A DNA stretch of 61,617 nucleotides, the filler included, from Choristocarpus tenellus KU-1152 (Eukaryota; Protista; Phaeophyceae): assembly GCA_964200185.2 (NCBI GenBank). It is 8 parts of 8 records of this genome, joined end to end, with 100 filler letters (N's around TTAATTAATTAA, not from the genome) between each part and the next. Parts side by side here need not be neighbours in the genome. Positions count along the whole stretch, not along the records: positions 24,024 to 36,100 come from CAXNAD020001992.1; positions 36,201 to 43,878 come from CAXNAD020005770.1; 6 more parts are not named here. One strand, 5' to 3'. The translations under genes and the position numbers were made by a program. Below, piece by piece: positions 24,097-36,340 of the stretch. Each line of letters begins with the position of its first letter. Within the stretch, counting starts at the first letter, position 1. Under the pieces are notes generated by a model, which saw nothing but the letters and a program-made list of their open reading frames with translations, ran no database searches and was not told where the DNA came from.

Positions 24097-25582
24097 TGCC
24101 CATGAACCAACCAAATTGTATCTTTGAGCAGTTACTGCTGCTGGGTCAATTCGCAGTAGAGGAGTGCCTAGAAGGGCAAGCAAAAGGGTGACCGATTTTT
24201 TTAAGACAGCATGGTAAGTCAGGGCTGGGATAACATGCAGTCCCACGATGGAAGATTGTACTAGAGGATCAAGAGAATAACACAACTATAGTGTTTTTCC
24301 AGCAGACCATACCTATTGCCACGAAGCAGAGCTCATTCTATATAGTATGGTAAACCACAGTATGTCACATTGCACAGGAAAATAGTTGAATAAAGGTAGC
24401 CAAGATAAAACATGCCGACATTACTGCCAAACCACCATATTGTAGTTGTCAATAATTGATGGATTACTAGCTCTGGGGAACATAAACTAAACTATTTTTC
24501 ATATGAAAGTATTTGGGGTCACAGAGCACTTGTATGGACCATGCTTGAACTATGGGAAGCCTTAACTCCGATCAGACTCAGACCTTAACCCTTCACAGGA
24601 AGGGTTAAGGAAGGGTTAAGGTCAGAGTTAATTGAGAGGTAAATTATCCAAATATGCGGAAAATGTCATGTTAGCAATCTAAGGAATGTTAACTGTTGCT
24701 AGCACCTCCACAGTAAATTTCAATTCAACAAGAGGGGGAAAAGCTCAGAAACACCAACCCAACAAAACCAACCCTTTTCACTCGATTGTGTTTCGATTTG
24801 TTCATTATTCTATCCGAAACCTGTTTACCACAGCTTGTGAGACCCTCGTCAGCATTGCATTTACAAACTGTGTACTAGATGTCCCATCAACGTTTCAACT
24901 TCGCAGTGGGTGCCTCATACCAAAGAGTGAGGAAAATATATGTGACGGCTTCATTCAGAAGTGAAATGCCCATGGACAAGATCTCGACATCAACTAAATA
25001 CTCCATACCTTTTTACCCACGAGATATTCTAAGACCTTTGCTTGACAGCAAATCCATCATGTTCATTGTAGCAGGCCTAGCGCAGACCATCTCAATAGGT
25101 CTACAGTGAATGTTCTCGGGAGTATTATAAGAAGCTGCCATATTTTGGAGAATTTTCATTTTCTCAACAGGATATTTTCAAGGCAAAAGAAAGTAAAGAG
25201 TGGTTAACATCGTAGTGACCTCTAGCACTCAGTTTTTTTACATGATATAATGCTAACACACCGATATATCATGATGACACCAAGTACTTGAGGAGTAGTC
25301 TCTAGAATGAACACAACGTATTCAATAGAGTGGTATAAAATATAATCGGATTTTGTTGTTGTTCTTCAGACCGTATGATCCAAAAGAGTGGGATATAGTT
25401 CTAACTAGCCATAAGACGCAAATTGCAGGAACAAGAAAATGTTCTGGAGATCAGCATTTGAATACCTCATATTTTTCTCTACTCTTTCCTCTGATCCCTG
25501 TACTGCACTTTGCTGCTTTACAAATATACAGCTTTCTTTTGGTGCAGAAGGACGGGGTAATATACTTAGAGATGAAACTGAC

Positions 25583-28500
25583 CTGGCTAGCAAGCAGTGC
25601 TAGCTGTGCTGGGTAGCTGAAAAGCCACTCCTCTCTTGGTCTGTCGACATCCCATAGGGTTGCTTCCTTGACGGCTACATCCAGAATCACCATTAATGTC
25701 TTTTGCATCCAAGTCACAAGTCTGAATCGAGCGGTGGCCCCCATGGGAACAGCCAAGAATGAGGGGGTGAGTAGAACTTTGCGTAACAAGAAAGTAAGAT
25801 AGTTCAATTGATGGTATATGCCTGAGATCATGAGAAGGGAGGTTGAGTTGCACCGGCCACATTACAACACGCATTTGAAACTTAGTCCTTTTTAGCACCA
25901 AGGAGGATAGCAGGCTTACATCATATAGAATCTGCTGAAGCAAAAGATCGCTCGAGTGGTTTACTGAGATAAGCAAGACAGTCAGATGCATGAGTGAAAG
26001 GATGTTAGAGGGTACGAGTTTTTCCCTGTTTGTCCATTTGGAACTTGGCTTCCCATGTATTTTTTATGACATTTTCCTACTCCAAAATGTTTCGGAGTAG
26101 ATAAAATGTATATGCTATGAAAAGGTGTGTCTGGAACAAGCATACTGACACATCTTAAAAACACAATAGTCAAAATTGCATCAAGGTCGGAACATTTGAT
26201 TTTGGTCCCCAAGTGGACACGGTCCTACCCTCTAAGATAATTTGACTCCATGGAATACTTGTAAATGAACTTGTAAACGAACTAGCACTGAGGAATTGCC
26301 CTTGTAGAAAATATTAGGGTCAGAAGCAATCGTTCAGTAATGTTGCTCTTATCAGGTCCATCTTTCACGACAAATCCCAGATGTCTCTTCTTTGCTTGGG
26401 AAAATTGGCGACAGATACACAATAAACTTTGGCTCAAGTTGGGCATTTTTTGAAGGATATAATGCCACACCTACAAATCAGAATTCTTACGCCATTAACT
26501 GTAACGAAACAGAAGGTGACTTGAAGGTTGTCACACCAATACAAAACCCAAGTGGAGATCTGAGTAGTATCTTGGTCCTTTGAACAAAACGTATATGCAT
26601 TACATGTTGAAAGATAACAATGGAAGGTTTACAAACATCTTTTGGTCCTCTACTACAAATGATATCCAGAGGTGTTGTTGGATTCAGGCGTGGAGATTGT
26701 GCTCACATCCATTTGCTCTTCACTGATTTGTAGTAAAATGAATGTGAATAGGAGTACAGGATCACACTAAGGGTATGAAAGAAGAGTGCTATATTTTACC
26801 TTGTCAACCAGGATTCCACAGCTCCGACCATGCTATATGGCTCGTAAAATTCCACTCTCTCCCCATCTTTAGCCACCATTGCTACTGCTGTATCTGGAAT
26901 GCTGCATATTTCATAAGTACCAATTGGGAGAGGAGAGGAGTTGGTATCAATACGACTGAATGGAGGAAGCGTGGACTAAGCACAGGGGCTGGGTACATTG
27001 CATACTTCATATATGGATAGGAAATGCAAGCAAAAGTCTGAGAACTAGCTGGTAGAAGACATACACGGATGCATCAACCTATTTTCTGTTTTAAGACATA
27101 TTTGTTCAAATATAACAGCATTTTATCGCTGCCCTCTCCTAGATCCACATTGTTAACATGTATACCCATTCCTCTCCAGTGCTAAAATGTTCTTAATACA
27201 CCTTGTTCGCGTATCCATGCTGCTCCCTGCAATGGAGGACAAAACCTGCTCCCCACTTTTTTCCGGATGCTCGCCTCCTATGCTGGCTTCCGATTCTTCC
27301 ACCAATGGCTCTTCCAGCAAAAAGAACTCTAGTGAACCTATACCATCAAAAACAGAGCCTAGGTGTGGCTGCAGTTCACGGGAAACATGGGTGTAAAAGG
27401 ATAAGCTATGATTTTTTTGGGACTCTACAGGAGTGGTAGTGAATAAGGACGGCAACCTTTAGGTGGTTGCTATAAATAGTGTGGAATAGCCTTAGAAACA
27501 ATGTTGGGCATGGGGAAGGAACGATACTATGAATTGTTTCTTGATCTCCTAAAGCTGCACATTGCAGAAAATTTTCTCCAAGATTCGTCATGGGCTTGAG
27601 TGGAATAATGGTCTATTGTATTCAGCATACCCAATGAACTAACAACAGCATTGATATGTGTGTCTGTCACCATAGAATACTAATGCTGAGGTAGTATTTC
27701 GTAACTGTTCTTTTTTTGACCTCTTACATAAGTTAGCTTCGATCCCTTCGTAAAACAGAAGTCAATTAACCCGACATTGGTCCCAAACCGAACCCCACAC
27801 CATTCAGAAGTGATGGGTGAGAAACCAACCCAAGGCAAGTGATTCGCAACAAGTTCAGAGTGAAAGTATCTTAGAGGGTACGAATTTTGCCCTGTTTGTT
27901 CATTTGGGGCTTGGCTTCCTTCAGGGGTTTTATGACATTTTCCTACTCCAAAATATTTCAGAGTAGGTAAGATGTATACATTATGAAAAGTTGTGTCCGG
28001 AACAAGGATATCGACACTTCCTAGCAAACACGATAGCCAAAATTACATCAAAATTGCAACATTGGATTTTGGCCCCCAAATGGACGTGGCTCTACCCTCC
28101 AAGGTACTTTGGCTCTCAGAAATCAATATATTCGTGCTCTTACCTGAATAAGTGGTGGGTTGTTACCATTGGAAAGAATGTCAAGCAGAGCAGCATTTGA
28201 CACAAAGTAGAACCTGAACATAGAGTCGTTGCAAAAAGAATTTGGAGCAGCGGATTTGGACACTGATGAGAATACATGGGAGTGAAAACCTGGAAAGGTT
28301 TTTTTCTAGGACTGGTGGTGTTAGCGGTGGTAGGGATATAGGTGCAGTAGAGCATGGACAACGTTGACCAATGTGGAAGAGGTGGGCTCCTAACTGGGCT
28401 CTGGGGGAGGCTATTGCACATGCCAGCACTAGTGGAAGATGTTCATATCTAAAACCATGCCTAAGATCTCCTTGTTTGCCAACAGCTGTTGACTGGCAAT

Positions 28501-31500
28501 AGCTTTATCCCGAGGCATATCACAAAGAACGTATCCAGAACTGGAGCAACACCTAGACAACATAGAGAAACCTTGATAATGTCAGTGAATACTTCTCAAT
28601 GCACTACAGTACAAATTCGACACTGGGTGGGATACATACCGGGCAAGGGCAATATGGACCATTTGGAAGCCGTTGAGGCGGAGCATGGGGTAGAGAAATG
28701 AGGAATTTTGTTTAATTGAAGTTTCTTGTAGACCAACATACCCTGTTCTGGCAGGACTTCTTGCCACAACCGTTGAAGTACACCCACACAGGTGCACTCA
28801 AGCACACAAATAGACGCCAGCACATATGCAACACATTCACATTTACTTGCCTAGGGAAGGCGTTCTTTTTCATATCAAGATACTCATTGAGAGCCCTCTC
28901 ACACTTCTCCAGCTCTCGGTGCATGCTTACAAGTGCTTCCTCACGACCATCCTTATTAAAAAAAAACATGAAGAAGATTGGTGGAAGTGGAAGCCAGCAA
29001 TATCAAGGAGAGAATATGCACAAGATGTCATTCAGATGCCCGCTGGTCTTTGTCAGCATTTCTCGGATATATTTGCGTGATCGGCAGGTTTGAGAGAAAG
29101 AAGGCTACGTAGACTCCTTGAAGTAGGAGGGTTTGAAGGGAAGCTAATACTGGATGCGGATGTTCACCTAAGGTTATTCAGTCTATTTCTACTGTCAACA
29201 TTATAGTCACTTACACCTTAGGATTCCCTTGACCAGTAATCCCCACACCATGTTGATCCCCAACATAGTACACAGCCTTCTGCTTTATTTCATCTCTAGC
29301 TCTTCATATGTTGTAAAATACCCCAGTGGTTTTTCTGCTTGCCTGGAAGTCCAACTCTTTCATACGGAAATTATCACTCTTCAGTGATCGATCAACTCTA
29401 TAGGTTGATTTGGTGTGCATGTGCTCCAGAAGAATCAAACGATTTGACTGGTGCCAATTGCGTTTTACCATGAGATCCAATAAAATGTAAATCATATGCA
29501 CCCTGCATAGTTGCATCAGGAGAGTCCTCTGTTGTACGATGAAGCGACTGGGTGCCATACCCTACATACGAGACTCAAAACGATTATGGATCCCCTCTTA
29601 AGAGGTATTCGTGTGGTTGCCACTGGGTGGCTTTCTGTGATTTTGGAAATGTAGACAGTGCTGCATCAGTTTTTTCTAGACGTTTCTCACCCAAACGTCA
29701 AAGTCCATTTGCTCAGTGGCCATGGCTATCATATGAACTCTGATCTCATGCACTCAAAAGAAGTTTGGAGGAATTTCCGCTGTCCAACATACAATTTCCT
29801 CCGTCTTGAATTGATCTTTTATTGTTCCTTCATTTTTCCAATTTCGTTCACAAACGAATTTTTTCTAAGAGGTTCCAGGGAGATTTCATGTGATTAACAA
29901 ATATTCCGAGATGACAAGCACGTTACAATGGAAAAAACAACAATATCATGGTGTCCAAGCCTGCATATGAAAACTTTTATATTTTCCTATATCTTTGACC
30001 AGCAATTCTTATATTATATTCTATTTTCGGCTTTCACTCTGGCTGGACGTAGCAGAGAATCCTGAACTTCGACTCAAATGGGTTGCATAAGTTCCAGCCA
30101 GTTGCACTGCCTATCAACAATGATGACTGACAATATTTTCTCCTGTTGATAGGGTAGATGGTAACAAACATGTCGAATTGAGACATATGCATCATGATGG
30201 GTAGTAGAGTCTAGGAATTTCCTCTGAAGGCATGGAAGGTGGAATTATCGGACTAACCTCAGCACATGCAATGATTACAATGGGTTGAAGAGACATTTCC
30301 TTCATCATGTCCTTGAACTCCTGGTCGATGCCCTCAAACCTGTGGTCACATGAGGGAAGACTGGTGAGCCATACATTATGAAACAATTTCTTAGCTATTG
30401 TTTATATACTTCATAGCCGCCACCTCCATGATGTATCTTGTGGAATTTATATATGCATACTTTGAATTGGACAATCTGATCCTCCATCTGTGGATCCTAG
30501 TTTTCATTTTTCAATAGCGAAAAGGCCGGCAAACATGTTAACTCCTGCCACAACACATATTTTCTCTATGTTTGAAGCTTCAAGTCCTGTGTTCCAAAAC
30601 AGGATGGGACCCCAGAAAACATACCAATGAATGCACCATAACGACAGATACAATACACACAATTGCTCTGAAGATGGAGACCACCTTTTTCACAGGAATC
30701 AGCAACTATAGCTGTGTTGCAGAATCATGGGTTGACAGATAAGGTCACACTTGAGCTACATTATTTGTGCCAAGATTATGATGGAAGCAAATATGGTACA
30801 ATAGACAAACTTAACAATGAAAGTAGTATAATGCTACATTGAGATAGTTTGATCCATCCATCCATCCTGTGATCTTATGTCCTAAAGCTCGACATGACTC
30901 CAGTCATAACTTAGATTTGCGTGAAAGTATCTTAGGGGGTACAAGTTTTGCCCTGTTTGTCCATTTGGGGCTTGGCTTTCCTCTGAGTTTTTTATGGCAT
31001 TTTCCTACTCCAAAATATTTCGGAGTAGGTAAAATGTATATGCTATGAAAAGGTGTGTCCGGAACAAGGACATTAACTTAACAAACACGATAGCGAAAAT
31101 TACATCAAAATCACAACATTGGATTTTGGCCCCCAAATGGATGCAGCTGTACCCTCTAAGATATCTTGGCTCATTTGGTCCCAACGCTCTACAGCATCCT
31201 TCGTTTCATGTTTTAGCAGAAATTTGCAGCTTTTTTCGAACAGGGTTGTTCTCCTTCGCTGTCTTCCTGTACATAGCCAGATATTTCTCTTTTTAGTTGT
31301 CCTAAGATAGTTGTCTTCTGAGATTAATGACGAGGAAATTATATATTCCTGAATCACTACCTCTTTACCACACCTTAAACTATGGACATGAGGGTGAGAA
31401 AGTATACATTACTCAAAGTATCAGGGAGGGGGTGGTGCCGGCTGTCCATTTGGAGACAAATCTTAATGTCGTAATTTTTGATTGATTTGGTTGCATAAAT

Positions 31501-34500
31501 TGGATGGATAATGTACATGCACTTTTCCTGATTTTGTTACAAATGGACACCCTGGTGTAGACCCCCCCCCCCCCAGATACGTTTGGCCACTTCAGTGAAC
31601 AGTCAACAAGATAAATCACAGCATCATATTCAAACCTTTTGGTATCATCTGGGAGTTGGCCACGAATATCTTTACTTGTGAGAAAAATGGCTTCAAGTGA
31701 TGTCCACTGCCTCTGCACAGTCAGCAGTAGCTTCAGCGCTGTCTCCACTTCCCCCAGGGTAGCTTGCCACCTCGTCACCTGAGGAAACACGTTTGATATT
31801 AGAGGCACATAGTTGAAACGCATCAATAAATTTGTACAGTGGTGGAGGCTTCTACTCTTGACTGAACAAAGGCTAGCACCATGTGCTCAAGATTTCCTGT
31901 AAATAAAGGCTTATGGGAGATTTAGGAGAATCTCCCCATTCCGAATCTTATCACATATCAATATGACCCACATTCACTCTTTGACCCATTAGTCTACCTC
32001 TGCCCGGAAAAAGTCCACAAATTTTCCCATCCCTGCCATGCTCTGGAGCTGCATTTGGTGATCTTCTAGAGCCTCCAAGATTTCTACTGCTCCTGACAGC
32101 ACAAAGACCTTACATGAGAAGCAGAAATTATTTCCAAGCAATGTATGGAGAAGAGAAGAAAGGGCAGTCAGTACTTATGTGCAGCATAGGACATGAAATA
32201 GAGTAAGCAAGAAAATGTGTATCCATATGTATATTTCCATTTATGTAGCAAGAATTCTACTCAAGAAGAGCGACACCAAGAAATGTTGGATCAATTCACA
32301 ACAAGCAAATATATCATGTTCCAATCCACAACATAAATGGGGAATTTCGCAACCTTACCTCCTCCCCGTCAACACATGCAACATACCCACAGTCTACTGT
32401 GCTCTCGTATAGACTTAGTGATTCGGAGAACAACTATATATACTAAAATGCAACACACATATCCCACGCAAATTTCGTCTTCCTCACATTATTGATATGT
32501 ACATATTACAGTTGAAACATCTGTGATTGGTGCTAAAATTGATTATTTTGATCAATAACCTGGATATGCTTATGTACATCTTTCAGTTGAAACATCTTTG
32601 ATTGGTGCTAAAATTGATTATTTTGAGCAATAACCTGGATATGCTTACCAGAGATGCTTACCTCAGTGTCCCTATGCCGACTGAAGGACAGCTCTTCCTC
32701 CCTCCATCGATCCTCTATCTTTGCAAGCCGCGCCTCCACCTTAAGTTCCTTGTTTGCAACTTCAACAACCTCCATCGTGGTGTCAACATGTCTATGTGTG
32801 ATAAGACAATGGCGATGTAGGTAGAGCCATAGAGAAGAACAAGATATTGATACCCAGTAAATAGAAGCAGCAACATGTTCCTTTTCTATTGTTTTTTGCT
32901 TTGACATGCTGTTTAATTGGGCATAAATTCAGTATTCAAGAATACTCCAGTGTTTTCTCTTAGAGTGCTAATTCCACCTACTACACCACCAACTTCCCAT
33001 CTTTGGGAGTACTTGGAGACTTCAATTCTTGGTAAGCCCGAGACTTCCAATAGGCTACTGAGAGCATGCTGAGGAATTATCTTCCTCCATCCCTGCCCAG
33101 TCTCAGAATGCCCTAGCTGTGTCATGTAAAGATATTGAAGTTGACTGCAACTACATTGCGATGGCCCCACCCCATCCCACTGATTGATTAATCATCGAAA
33201 TTCGCACTCTACATAGGATTTATTGGGCTTCTTGTTTGAGCAATATCATAGTATCTACTCTGGGTTCTTCTGGGTTTCAGAAATACAACATCATCTGGGT
33301 CTAGGGTTGCCTTAATTAAATGGCAAATAGGTAGTACAACTTTCCCCCCACACTCTGCATTGTACACTTCACTTGTGCAGAGACATGAATACATGGAGAG
33401 GTCAGCCAATGGCGACATCTCTTACTTGTGAAGTTCCAGAGAGAGGACATCACTGAGGGAAAAGGTGGACCCTAGGATAGTGGACCGGGTTCCCCTCCTT
33501 TCGCTTTTTCCCTGCTAGGGTATGTTGTTGGGTGGCAGCATAAAGTTTGAATGAGCATGATAGTATTTGGAGGTTTATTGACCGTCAAGGAATGTCAAAA
33601 TTCACATCTTCTCTTTTTGTGCTTCCACGACTTATTCCAAGAAAGACACGAGTTATGGAGTGATCAAATATGAAATGCATGAAGCAAACGGTAGATCAAT
33701 TTGCAGAGAAGAGAACAAAGTTGAAGCTACGTGAGAAATTCTACAGTCAGAGGTCTGGGTCACATTCTTGATGTTGTGAATCTGGAGCAATAGTTAAGAC
33801 TTGGAATGCGGGCTTTTTATGTTGGTATGCAATATGGCAATGCTGTTCCTTCTAAGAACATCAATTGAATTCCAGAGTTTTCTTTTCTATGCCAGCTATG
33901 TCCAGTCACCAAATGTAACTGCAAGGAACTCCTTCAGCAATGTACCTGGTACTATTTCCAGCACAGCTCTGATTCACTATGTTTCAATGAAGACATGGGG
34001 CCCAGATGAGAGCCGAATACGTCTTTTGAACATAATCTAGTTCAAGGCAGATGTACGCACCCACCTCCTGGTTAGACCTGTATCCATTTATTGCCAGCAG
34101 AGTCTTCCAATGGCGGTCCCTCATGGCTGGGGAATGAAGTTCATGCACCTGGAAAAAATATATGTTTTGTAAGAGGCATTTATATCTTGATATCGAGAGC
34201 TCTGTTGGAGCTTCGCCAGTACATTGAGGGGAGTAATGTGAGTGCAAGAGTCAGTCATCTGGATAGAAAGATATGCCCAGGCCAAGATAAGGCAACAGGA
34301 AGATTAAGAGAAATATGAAGGGAACGGAAGTCAAATCAGTTTTACCCAAATCGGAGGATCTAATACAGTTGCAATCTTGAAGTTTCTTCAAAAGCAAGCA
34401 TACCAGCGGAAGCACAGTGGACATGTTGACCACCCTCTCTTCAATGTCGACATACACTTCCCAGTCACGGATCCTCCTTGGTAGCTTTCTTATCTGCTGC

Positions 34501-35740
34501 TGAAGGGATTTCACCTCATCTATTAGCTCATCCGTCTGTTTGTAGAAGAGAGAAGCATCAAGGATTAATGAATTCCCTACAATTATCAAGGTTTTTTGGT
34601 TCTATGTAAGCTTGGAAGACAAGGTAGAAAGGTTGTGAGTCTCTTTGAATTCATTTTGCACATATGCTCCTACTTCTTAGCCTGAGGTTAGAATCCCCAT
34701 GATTTTCCCAAATCCTAGAAGCTGATCATAGGACACCAATAACGTGGATTGTTTTGGCACATTTTTCAGCGTAATATGACTGCACCATTCACATGCACTA
34801 CCATCTATACACCCTTTTAGAGGTTAAGGCGCCATCACCTCTAATGCAACGACTGCAAGGCATTGCAATTCTCACGTTCTCAAGCCAATCAATCTTTCGT
34901 ACCAATGCACATTTCTTAACTTATCTGCCTGGAACAACATCTATCATGAGATCCAATACCAAATCCCACCAATTGATAGGCTCAAACTTAAACTGATATT
35001 GTTCTCTTTCCAATCAGTATGCTGACTTGTAATGCACTTTACTTCGTTGACATGCACACACCACTGTATATTTAGTACATAATTTGGACGATCAAAGAGA
35101 GTAAAAACAAACGTATGAAGCGATTTCTTGGAAGAATGATTGTGGTGCAACTTCTGGTTCGGGATGCCACCAAGCATATCAAAAATATGATATTTGATCA
35201 AATTTTGACATGTACTAAAATAGATGTCTCGTAAACGAGAGCTTAGTACTCACTTCTTACTATATATACATTATTATATTTTTTCTGCAGGTGAAATGAA
35301 AAACACGGAGTCAACATGCGTGGGCAGAAGCACCAAACAAGTGCTTTTACAGGTTGATATTTTACCTTGTTATTCATCATCCAATTGGTTCATGCAAATT
35401 CTGTGCCTTGAATGTTTGGTCAAGGTCAGATATCTAACGCAGGAGCCTACAGATTGTCTGGTAGAATGGAATACTTAAGGGTGCTGGGCTAGGATAGCTG
35501 GGTTCACATTGGTTCCCAAGTTGTAGGAAACTCACCACCATCTAGTCCAATTTTGCACTACAACAGTCACGAAAACCATATCCAGATCATCGAGACAGAT
35601 GGAGCACATGTTGAAATACCTGTATATCCGCCCAAAGGGTGACCGTCCAGGACCCAAGAAGGCTGTCAACAAAGCTGACCATGTCCCATATCATTTTTAA
35701 CAAGCCCAGCTGTGTGCGAACCTCCTGGAGACCCAGGTGT
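25583..35740 (-). CDS. Axonemal dynein heavy chain, outer-arm beta-like (DNAH9/11/17 type); 13 internal exons covering the DHC_N2/linker region
   Basis: In-frame exons: 35740-35620, 34535-34404, 34148-34061, 33471-33426, 32791-32662, 32108-31998, 31778-31636, 30339-30258, 28951-28851, 28213-28144, 27368-27202, 26901-26800, 25721-25583. Motifs [95 protein letters not shown]. Confidence 0.95.
25992..26248. mobile_element. MITE family B (dynein intron)
   Basis: Family B TIRs; TSD CAT. Confidence 0.9.
27858..28115. mobile_element. MITE family B (dynein intron)
   Basis: Family B TIRs; TSD TCA. Confidence 0.9.
30919..31172. mobile_element. MITE family B (dynein intron)
   Basis: Family B body and slightly decayed TIRs; TSD imperfect (TTT/ATT). 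Confidence 0.85.
31410..31588. mobile_element. MITE family A (~180 bp, dynein intron)
   Basis: CTCAAAGTATCAGGGAGGGGGTGG...AAATGGACACCCTGGTGTAGACCCCCCCCCCCCCAGATAC; body matches 41733 and 45509. Confidence 0.85.
32496..32647. repeat. 75-bp tandem duplication (2 copies)
   Basis: TATGTACAT...GTTGAAACATCT...GGTGCTAAAATTGATTATTTTG...AATAACCTGGATATGCT begins at 32496 and 32571. Confidence 0.9.
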
Positions 35741-36034
35741 CTGTGGAGAGTCAGCAGTTTGGACGACAGTTCTGAGAAGGCAGGGGATGCTTTTCTAGTG
35801 GCAGGTCATTGTCATTCTGCAGAAGTTCGATCACCAGCTATACTTTAGTCTTTGCAGAAACTCATTGAAGCCTTGACTGTTTTTGATCATTCCTTACTCT
35901 GGATTAGTATTTTATCTAGGTTTACTTTGTGATACACCACTAGGGCTCCGCACACTCTATCATGTTCCTTCCTCCATCGTAAAGGGCAAAAGCTTGTCAA
36001 GCAGCCTGAAACCGACCCATCCGCATACACTAGA

Positions 36035-36100
36035 GAGTGAAAGTATCTTAGAGGGTAGAGCCGCGTCCATTTGGGGGCCAAAATCCAATGTTGAGATTTG
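36035..36100. mobile_element. MITE family B end at contig break
   Basis: GAGTGAAAGTATCTTAGAGGGTAGAGCCGCGTCCATTTGGGGG. Confidence 0.85.
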
Positions 36101-36200
36101 NNNNNNNNNNNNNNNNNNNNNNNNNNNNNNNNNNNNNNNNNNNNTTAATTAATTAANNNNNNNNNNNNNNNNNNNNNNNNNNNNNNNNNNNNNNNNNNNN

Positions 36201-36340
36201 TACATACATACATACATACATACATACATACATACATACCTACATAATACATACATACATAATACATACCTACATACCTACATAATACATACATACACCA
36301 TACATACATACATACATACGTATATACGTATATACATACA
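36201..36340. repeat. (TACA)n microsatellite, imperfect
   Basis: Read directly. Confidence 0.95.

Noticed and set aside
35883-36030. Copia RNase H-like fragment (YADGSVSGCL...CGALVVYH)
   Set aside because: Short and divergent; could be chance.
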